From positions 67,077-131,076 of the forward strand of contig JAGMCT010000002.1 of assembly GCA_023129075.1 (NCBI GenBank): DNA of 64,000 nucleotides, given 5' to 3'. Shown here in pieces: positions 58,501 through 64,000 of this stretch. The notes below the pieces were generated by a model. It was not told the DNA's origin, did not search any database, and saw only the letters and a program-made list of their open reading frames with translations. The stretch comes from Candidatus Micrarchaeota archaeon (GTDB lineage Archaea; Micrarchaeota; Micrarchaeia; Anstonellales; Bilamarchaeaceae). The translations under genes were made by a program, and so were the position numbers. Position 1 is the first letter of the stretch. Each line of letters begins with the position of its first letter.

Positions 58501-61500
58501 AACAATATTAGTAATTGTATTAATGCCGGAATACTAATTTCAAAGTCTTCTAATAATACCAATATAACAAATAATTTTATAACTAATACTGGCGGGGATG
58601 CAATCAAAATCGATAATTCCATATATAACTGGGTCTATAACAATACTTTAAGTAATAGTAATGGAATGGGAGTAAATTGTCTGATTTCTCCATATACAAC
58701 TATTGAACAAAACACAATCAGCATCAGCCAAATAAACGGGATATGCATAGAAAATACTTCTTATATTAATGTGATTAATAATAATATTTCAGATTCAGGA
58801 TATTTGGATATTGTAGTTGCTTATGCTCATTATAATAACATAACTTCTAATGAAATTCATAGTTTAAACGACCCCGGAGTGTTTGGAGGAATAGTCATTA
58901 CTGCACAAAGTGAGAATAATACAATAGAAAACAATGTACTTAGTGGGGATTCTACTGAAAATGGAATTGCTTTAAGTAATACTAATTATCCTACTGAGCC
59001 GCAATATCTGAAAGATTTGGGTTCTGCAAATGTTCATAACAATATCATCAATAATACAATTACTAATTACAAGAAAGGGATTTATGTTTTCAATTCCACG
59101 TTCAATACCTTCATCAGCAATAAGGTAAGCTTGAACAACGACACTGGATTTTATCTCAATATCAGTCATAATAATTCAATCTATGATAATTATTTCGCTG
59201 ACAATAATAAAAGTGTCTTTGACAACGGAAACAACTCCTGGAATACTACATACAATTGTACAGGCCCGGCGAATATAATCGGAGGCTCCTGTAGAGGCGG
59301 TAATTTCTATTCAGATTACAGCGGAATGGACAACGGAATGTCCCTTGAGCCAGGCCACAACTATTCACTGGATGGAATAGGCGACCAACCACTAAATTAT
59401 ACAATTTTAGGGGGAAGCGCAGTTGATAACTTACCCCTATCAAATAATGCTTCTCTGTATTATCTGCATAAGTGCCGTGCGACGAGTTTTTGTGATGAGG
59501 GAACCTTGTCCCTCTCGCCTCTAACATCAGAACTGGAAGTGGCGCTTTGCAGTAATTTTGTGTCATTTAGAATGAGGGAGCCAGCACTTGAAAATACCAC
59601 AATTTATATTTCAAATATATATTATCACACTTGGTTCAGAGGATACAATAACAGCAATATATCCGTGGGTTGGCAGAAATATTATAATTGGAGCAATCAG
59701 ACAGATGCCTACTTTTACCCTACTGATAAACTTGTCTCTGAGTATCTTGGCTTTCATTTGTTATCGCACATTCAATCAGCCAATATTTCATATGCCAATC
59801 CTGGCGAGATAAATGGCAATTTTGCTATCAAATGGGCGAGGTATGAATATTCCCCAATAATATGGTCAAGGTATGACAGGCCTTCTTATATTATGCTTAA
59901 TTTGCCAAGCATTGCTGTTTTGCAAAATGGGGACTCAGATGGTGATGGTTTATCGAACTATGAGGAATTAATGAATGGAACTAATCCAGTAAGCAATGAC
60001 ACTGATAGTGATGGGTTAAGCGATTATAATGAGACTCACTGGGTGACTGACCCGAATAATCCAGATGTGGATAATGATGGCTTGGTTGACGGCTCTGACC
60101 CAATGCCATGTGATACACGATATAATACTACATATAATATGTCGGCAGAAAACGGAATTGTTGAAGTAACATGCAATGCTTCAAATTCTGGTTACATTTT
60201 CCAAGATTTGAATGTAGATAATGGCGACGACTTCACGATTAGAAACTGCAGGATATTATTTAATAGCACTGATAATTCACTTGGAGATCCAAGAGGTATA
60301 ACAGTGCTGAACGGCGGACGATTGCAGATTTATAACTCAACTATAGAAACTTACAATAGAACATATTCTTGGTTGTTTGAAGTAAATGGAACGACAACGC
60401 TGGAAGATTCCACATTATTTGAAATGGTAACGATTGGCCTCCATGATAGCTCAACTTCTATTGTTAATAATTGCACGATGGCAACATGGTCTGGAGATAA
60501 TATAATTAATGGAAAGGATGGTGGTAATGACATTATAACAAATAACACATTTATGTATTGCTCTAATGAAGGCACAGGATACCCACATAGGATAATTACA
60601 CTTAGTGACACCTATAACATTACTATTTCAAACAATAACTTTTTAGTGTCCTGCGGGAGTATTGGCGGAATTCAAATATCTGACAATTCACATGATAATA
60701 AAATTATAAACAACGTTGTGCAGAACACTGTTTGTTTTCTTGATGGACCTCATGCTAATAGTAATCTAAGTGATAACACAATAGCATATAACAACGTGTC
60801 AACCAGTCTTCTCGGTGCAGTAATATTATGGGGCGATAATACTAAAAGCAGAATAATTGGCAATAGACTTTCCGGAAGGATAGAAGCGAACTTTGCTGAT
60901 GATGCGGTTATAGAAAATAACACAATATATCATGATGGCACCTTCAATTATCGCGGGGTAACACTGGATCAGAGTGACAATGCCACCATTGTTGGCAATC
61001 ACATCTATGACAGAGATATCGCTATTATGGTTACTGAAAGCACCAACATGAACATAAAAAATAATAGAATTCATAATAATACGCAGCATGGTATTTATGT
61101 CTGGGATATAGATAACAGCTCGGTTACGAACAATACAATTCATAATAGCTCGATGGCAGGAATCTTTCTCAATGCAAGTTCCAATAACATCATCACTAAT
61201 AATAATATATCCCTAAATGAAGAAGATGGCATCTCGCTTATTAATAGTTCTTACAATAACATCACAGAAAATACACTCTTTGATAATTCAGATAATGGAA
61301 TAATACTTGAGGAAGAATCAGAGCATAACCTAATACAAAACAATGCAGTGAATGAATCAACCGTGGCCAATGTCATTATTGTAGGCAGCAACTATAATAA
61401 TATAATTAGTAATAATCTCTCTAACGCTAAAGTTGCTGAGATGATTGTAATATTCTCTGGGTGGATTACTATATCTGATAATGAGCTAGTTAGTTCTTCT

Positions 61501-64000
61501 TCTATGTTTGGCGGGATTATTCTCTCAGGTATGAGTTCCTATTGTACTATTAATAATAATAATATTTCAGGCAGTTTAAATGGAAATGGAATTAGCCTAA
61601 CGGAAATAAGGTCACCACCAGCATCAGATTATATTCCTTCATCATGTATGTACAATAATATCACCAACAACACAATTACTAATTATCAGAAAGGGATTGA
61701 TGTCTTCAATTCCACGTTCAACATTTTCACCAGCAATAATGTAAGCTTGAACAACGACACCGGATTTTATCTCAACATCAGCCATAATAATTCAATCTAT
61801 AATAATTATTTCGCTGATAATAATAAAAGCGTCTTTGACAACGGCAACAACTCCTGGAATACTACATACAATTGTACGATACTCGGCTACACCAATATAA
61901 TCGGCGGGAACTGCACGGGAGGGAATTACTGGAGTGATTATAATGGAACAGACAATACTGGTGACGGCATTGGCGATACCGAACTCCCTTGGCAGGGCTC
62001 TTCGTCCATTCAGAATGGCGGTGACTGGCTGCCTCTGGTGCCGGTTGCTGGACCATCTCCATTTCTTGTAAGATTCACACCCCCCACCCCGTCAAATGGC
62101 ACAACTGTCATGTCACCCCCCATAACAATAAATGTAAGCATATCAGGAGCCGCTGCTTTGAATGAAGTTAACTTTAGCTGGGATAATACAACTCATGGAA
62201 TGTACAATAGCAGTTTAATCCTCATGTATAATTTTGATAACATCCCAATCATAGGAGATAATAATACATACGTAAAAGACATAAGCAACAGCAGTTATGA
62301 TGGAGTTCTAATAGGAGATGCACATTATGTAACCGGAAGATACGGAGAGGCAATAAATTTTGATGGGGATGGAGATTATCTTGCCATCAAAAACTTACAC
62401 TTTGACACAACAGGAGAGATTGGAAATCTTACGGTATGCGTTTGGTTCAAGACTAAAGAATCAGGCGGAGGGACCTTTGATAACTGGGCGTTTGTAGATT
62501 TTGACCGAAGCGAATATTTCAATTTCTTTATCCGGCCAAACGGGCTTTTAGGCTTTGGAACGACCAGTTGCGGCGGTTGCACACATGACTTCTACGGAAG
62601 CACTCCTGCCAATGATGATGAATGGCATTTCGGCTGTGCTGTATTTGATTCTTTAGATACATATGACAAAAAATTATATTTAGATGGAAAGCTGGATAAT
62701 AAAGTTGATGCTTATTCAACAGGGATAACCTTAGGAACAGGAACTACCAGGTACGGATTTATTGGAGACGGTTCTGAAGCTGCAGTTTTCAATGGAACTA
62801 GAAACGAGTTGTACTATAACGGAACAATCGATGAAGTAAGAATTTGGAATATGAGTTTAAGCGCAGACCAAATACAACAACAGTATTTTTCCAATTTATA
62901 CAAATATGATGCAGATAAATGGCAGTTGTACATTGACCAAGAAGACTCAGACGGCACATATGATTATTATGCCTGCGCTTCTGACCTATCCAACGATTTT
63001 AATTGCACTGAAATAAGAACCATAACAATAGACATGTTCCCTCCTGTAATAACAATCATAAGCCCTGAAGCAAAAACATATATTGCAGATATGATAGACT
63101 TTAATGTAAGTTTAAATAAACCTGGAGACTGGTGCGGATACAGCTTGGACGGCCCTGAGAAATACAATGAAATGGTTGCATTCTGGAAGTTTGAAAAAAC
63201 TGCCAAAGATTTTGCAGGAAGCAATCATGGAACAGCCTATGGTGTTACAGATACCGCTGGATACAGCGGTTTTGCTTATAATTTTGACGGCGATGATTAC
63301 ATCAGCATACCCAATTCATATGATATCAACCTGGGAGTTCATGACAAGAGAACAATAAGCGCATGGTTCAAAGTAAATGATAAGGATTTAGATGCCAAGC
63401 AGGTAATATATGAAGAGGGAGCAACAGTAAGAGGATTGAATATATATGTATACAACGGCTCCCTTTATGTTGGAGGCTGGAATGAGCCAGCTGCTGAGAG
63501 CAATTGGGATGGAACCTGGATGAATACAAGCAGTATATCCAGCAACACCTGGCATCATGTAGTGGTGCGCCTTGATGGAACACCAGCAGTCCAAATTGAT
63601 GCACTAAAAGGCTATCTGGACGGCGCCAATTTTGCAAACGGCAGCGGTTCACAATTATGGTCCCACAGCGGTGACATCAGTATAGGAAGAAATGGAGATA
63701 CAAAATTCCATGATGGAGATGATGGCAGTTTAGGTGAATATTTCAATGGAACAATAGATGAGGTAATAATTTACAATGATGCGCTTACAGATACTCAAAT
63801 AGAAAACATATATAATAGTACATTGGTTTCAATGGACAAATACAGCAATACATATTTCAACTATACAAAAAACATGTCTGGTAAAGCACCTCATATTGTT
63901 GTATTCTACTGCAATGACACGCACGGAAATATGGGAAAATCCAATAAAAGATATTTTGCAGTAGATACTGTTCCGCCGGCAATTTCATTAGAAGCTCCCC
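52543..64000 (+). CDS. Second giant secreted surface protein (>3819 aa visible; no stop before the window end, hence missing from the ORF track). It has a signal peptide, many right-handed beta-helix (PbH1-like) NNT-rich rungs, TSP3/dockerin-like DxDxDG Ca-binding repeats (~59.9-60.1 kb) and two LamG/ConA-like jelly-roll domains (~62.3-63.8 kb)
   Basis: Frame 1 (pos mod 3 = 1) is open from ATG 52543 to 64000, checked by manual translation at nine separate points (52.5, 54.4, 56.5, 59.5-60.1, 61.0, 62.4, 64.0 kb). N-terminal MLGSKSGLGLALLLFILALLQPIS. Motifs IDEVRIWNMSLSADQI and IDEVIIYNDALTDTQI (LamG). DSDGDGLSNYEEL...DVDNDGLVDGSDP. Confidence 0.75.
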   Translation, partial: MLGSKSGLGLALLLFILALLQPISDTTFTKTINISYFESMESDFSNLQVFSISDEGAEPLVYTILEYSPGEWALLEISIPYDSERLLFTHFLLDNYEPVTISGKEVKYYFEKINGAGYIRLKDSFIENITIHNISASSNIEIFKDIIVSNDELENLRAFSFNPKNIESAEISIIAKGYFLFKCKDWNYTTQSCQGEWEYQFPITPGKPYTIHLNSLDPGYAESGPFIAFDDRGLTVTSNVYSSDNVYANKKASISYWVNGTWNMDILGDLNSANFKCELKVDLAALGTLYHEWFNSSSSSWKTICTKSTTIQITDTTHSCDVSSDLNTSESSHTLRCRIAFLLLKDISIDYISLDSDFQCVNLSNPSTYQNRVVNMSGIYYINDNVILCTDNYSTTDDLIRINASSITLDCGGSTLDGDDAGSDYGIDTQQNNYLEIKNCIITDFRSGIYTDANYSNFTNNTVYSNIEGFSVVSSSNNSFTNNTAHNNLKCGFSLSSSLNNTLTNNTANSNQDGFHLQSSSIYNTLINNTAQENLGCDLVIAISTAGDCNNLIENNTGSGGRPILYANESVTWSNLEASEVILCNADYSVITNVTVKGSDALDNNYFLLYHSDNLSISDSSSVNNLYGFYASYCSHNNFTNNTANSNNNYGFYIRYGSNNAFTNNTANYNNYGFYIRSSPSNIFTNNTADSNDNYGIYLYSTSDNKLTNNTASMNGRCGFTLYSSSNYNTLASNTVSSNERSGFYFYSSSGNNISNSIIINNSQRGMHLYGNSDNNTFENITLHGNAQSSSYYEIYFDRSGVIYPEYNTFTDIKLYNSTRYIGFDDQTHTNQNNFTNLSICYNSTIGCINWDFLNLTYANLANATTIILDPEFISLNTSNTGAAQFNSSANITIYAEDCAHPIYKASNFPDSRDSILSSGSKVNPIYNTCSNNIAVFSTVNDFSGYTKGYVGCVNLSNPSTYQNKVVNMSGIYYINDNVTLCTDNYSTTDDLIRINASSITLDCNGSTLDGDDAGDDYGIDTQGNDYLEIKNCIITDFESAISATGTTYSNFTNNTAISNTDGFIASSFNFNILLNNTATSNTKHGFHISSSSNNIFTNNTAQHNGYGFGIYTTSEYNTFTNNIAYSNNAGGFYLRTSTYSIFTNNTASSNSNGFYFYSSSSNNISNSIIINNLNRGIYLYRNSDNNTFENITLHGNAQSSSYEIYFDRNLADYPEHNTFTDIKLYNSTRYIGFDDQTHTNQNNFTNLSICYNSTIGCINWDFLNLTYANLANATTIILDPEFISLNTSNAGAVQFNSSANITVEVVSCIKPAEFIIRRLTEFPQSKNIILTSGQDYDPTSISCPSSTSIKFNISSFSGFAPLKAGITDCYTIAHPGDYWIVDDIDASSVNEVSARACINISSSNVNLNLNGFSIANGSNISGIFANGSSSYQYTNITIRDGTVTNFTHNSTIGPAYIGGIIFTYIENSSLSNLSVSYASKQTPAKVSTYGIFFDGSSYNSILNLTVHNNEQNGIRIESYSNYNNFSDIISLSNIGTGIRISSSLNNRIDQSTIYSNSGRGIHLDSSNYTMVLDTLTYDNSYGISLTSTSNNTLTNITSHTNSNGGFYSSASSGNNITNILSYNNTQEGFFITTSHFNKLENITTYTNSRRGLVLFLSNYNTLENITTYNNPWYGIFISSASNNNLINITSYNNSQHSLYIYANSDNNIFTDLTFYEDGKSPSYYEVYFGRNGVIYPEYNTFTDIKLYNSTRYIGFDDQTHTNQNNFTNLSICYNSTIGCINWDFLNLTYANLANATTIILDPEFISLNTSNAGAVQFNSSANITIYAEDCAHPIYKASNFPDSRDLILSSGSKVNPIYNTCSNNIAVFSTVNDFSGYTKGYAGCVNLSNPSTYQNKVVNMSGIYYINNDVILCTDNYSTTDDLIRINASFITLDCNDSILDGDNAGGDEGINTQQNNYLEIKNCIITDFERGIYLFNSTYNRIDNNNISNCINAGILISKSSNNTNITNNFITNTGGDAIKIDNSIYNWVYNNTLSNSNGMGVNCLISPYTTIEQNTISISQINGICIENTSYINVINNNISDSGYLDIVVAYAHYNNITSNEIHSLNDPGVFGGIVITAQSENNTIENNVLSGDSTENGIALSNTNYPTEPQYLKDLGSANVHNNIINNTITNYKKGIYVFNSTFNTFISNKVSLNNDTGFYLNISHNNSIYDNYFADNNKSVFDNGNNSWNTTYNCTGPANIIGGSCRGGNFYSDYSGMDNGMSLEPGHNYSLDGIGDQPLNYTILGGSAVDNLPLSNNASLYYLHKCRATSFCDEGTLSLSPLTSELEVALCSNFVSFRMREPALENTTIYISNIYYHTWFRGYNNSNISVGWQKYYNWSNQTDAYFYPTDKLVSEYLGFHLLSHIQSANISYANPGEINGNFAIKWARYEYSPIIWSRYDRPSYIMLNLPSIAVLQNGDSDGDGLSNYEELMNGTNPVSNDTDSDGLSDYNETHWVTDPNNPDVDNDGLVDGSDPMPCDTRYNTTYNMSAENGIVEVTCNASNSGYIFQDLNVDNGDDFTIRNCRILFNSTDNSLGDPRGITVLNGGRLQIYNSTIETYNRTYSWLFEVNGTTTLEDSTLFEMVTIGLHDSSTSIVNNCTMATWSGDNIINGKDGGNDIITNNTFMYCSNEGTGYPHRIITLSDTYNITISNNNFLVSCGSIGGIQISDNSHDNKIINNVVQNTVCFLDGPHANSNLSDNTIAYNNVSTSLLGAVILWGDNTKSRIIGNRLSGRIEANFADDAVIENNTIYHDGTFNYRGVTLDQSDNATIVGNHIYDRDIAIMVTESTNMNIKNNRIHNNTQHGIYVWDIDNSSVTNNTIHNSSMAGIFLNASSNNIITNNNISLNEEDGISLINSSYNNITENTLFDNSDNGIILEEESEHNLIQNNAVNESTVANVIIVGSNYNNIISNNLSNAKVAEMIVIFSGWITISDNELVSSSSMFGGIILSGMSSYCTINNNNISGSLNGNGISLTEIRSPPASDYIPSSCMYNNITNNTITNYQKGIDVFNSTFNIFTSNNVSLNNDTGFYLNISHNNSIYNNYFADNNKSVFDNGNNSWNTTYNCTILGYTNIIGGNCTGGNYWSDYNGTDNTGDGIGDTELPWQGSSSIQNGGDWLPLVPVAGPSPFLVRFTPPTPSNGTTVMSPPITINVSISGAAALNEVNFSWDNTTHGMYNSSLILMYNFDNIPIIGDNNTYVKDISNSSYDGVLIGDAHYVTGRYGEAINFDGDGDYLAIKNLHFDTTGEIGNLTVCVWFKTKESGGGTFDNWAFVDFDRSEYFNFFIRPNGLLGFGTTSCGGCTHDFYGSTPANDDEWHFGCAVFDSLDTYDKKLYLDGKLDNKVDAYSTGITLGTGTTRYGFIGDGSEAAVFNGTRNELYYNGTIDEVRIWNMSLSADQIQQQYFSNLYKYDADKWQLYIDQEDSDGTYDYYACASDLSNDFNCTEIRTITIDMFPPVITIISPEAKTYIADMIDFNVSLNKPGDWCGYSLDGPEKYNEMVAFWKFEKTAKDFAGSNHGTAYGVTDTAGYSGFAYNFDGDDYISIPNSYDINLGVHDKRTISAWFKVNDKDLDAKQVIYEEGATVRGLNIYVYNGSLYVGGWNEPAAESNWDGTWMNTSSISSNTWHHVVVRLDGTPAVQIDALKGYLDGANFANGSGSQLWSHSGDISIGRNGDTKFHDGDDGSLGEYFNGTIDEVIIYNDALTDTQIENIYNSTLVSMDKYSNTYFNYTKNMSGKAPHIVVFYCNDTHGNMGKSNKRYFAVDTVPPAISLEAP
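53628..53880. repeat. Partial (~250 bp) additional copy of the second half of the repeat module
   Basis: gtaaacctctccaatccctcaacctatcaaaacagagtagtaaacatgagcggaatctactacataaa... matches 55408.. and 58198.. Confidence 0.75.
54871..55680. repeat. About 0.8-kb intragenic repeat module, copy 1 (near-identical to 57661..58470)
   Basis: Long identical runs seen by eye (e.g. ctctacaattccacaagatacattggatttgacgaccaaacccatacaaaccaaaa..., ...gtaaacctttccaatccctcaacctaccaaaacaaagtagtaaacatgag...). Confidence 0.8.
56101..56450. repeat. Partial (~350 bp) third copy of the first half of the repeat module
   Basis: Same sequence as 54871-55220 and 57661-58010. Confidence 0.75.
57661..58470. repeat. About 0.8-kb intragenic repeat module, copy 2
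   Basis: See copy 1. About 95% identity by eye, including the encoded LYNSTRYIGFDDQTHTNQNNFTNLSICYNSTIGCINWDF... and CVNLSNPSTYQNKVVNMSGIYYIN... Confidence 0.8.

Noticed and set aside
59246-59566. 106-aa minus-strand ORF inside the giant plus-strand gene
   Set aside because: It is opposite a continuous coding frame and has no supporting features.

Overview
This 64 kb window looks archaeal: low GC, intron-bearing tRNAs, and archaeal-specific genes for PCNA, RFC large subunit, Orc1/Cdc6, TFE, RpoE'/Spt4, S26e, aTrm56, archaeal DtdA and cupin PGI. Charged low-complexity tails are abundant, genes overlap tightly, and giant surface proteins are present, which suggests a small-genome DPANN-like lineage. 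Bases 1-43 kb are a dense run of housekeeping genes.

The main gene groups are:
- Translation and RNA processing: pheS, RNase Z, tRNA-Val/Gly/Met and a putative tRNA-Ile(UAU), TsaC, aTrm56, DtdA, a beta-CASP RNase.
- Replication: cdc6, rfcL, pcn, and an NreA-like protein carrying a PIP box.
- Transcription: a TFE with a histone-H1-like lysine tail, rpoE'-spt4-S26e.
- Thymidylate and nucleotide metabolism: a tandem-fused ThyX, an NMP-kinase::dCMP-deaminase fusion, an HD 5'-nucleotidase, Nudix, and nfo.
- Lipid and glycan genes: GGR, a GT2, and a GlmU-like enzyme.
- Several C-terminally anchored, sequon-rich surface proteins.

The most striking region is 43.4-64 kb, a cell-surface island. It holds a Cys-rich lipoprotein-like gene and a transglutaminase-like enzyme whose gene overlaps the stop of a 2238-aa secreted giant protein. 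A divergently transcribed second giant gene starts at 52543 and runs off the window end, so more than 3800 aa are visible. The ORF track does not list it because no stop codon falls inside the window. It carries near-identical 0.25-0.8 kb intragenic repeat modules.

Other notable points:
- An I-DmoI-like LAGLIDADG endonuclease gene sits just upstream of thyX.
- 75-bp direct repeats flank a TPR gene and duplicate its promoter and 5' end.
- A 1162-aa membrane-anchored coiled-coil protein follows tRNA-Gly.
- A tRNA whose spliced anticodon appears to be UAU.

No CRISPR array, integrase or transposase was seen.
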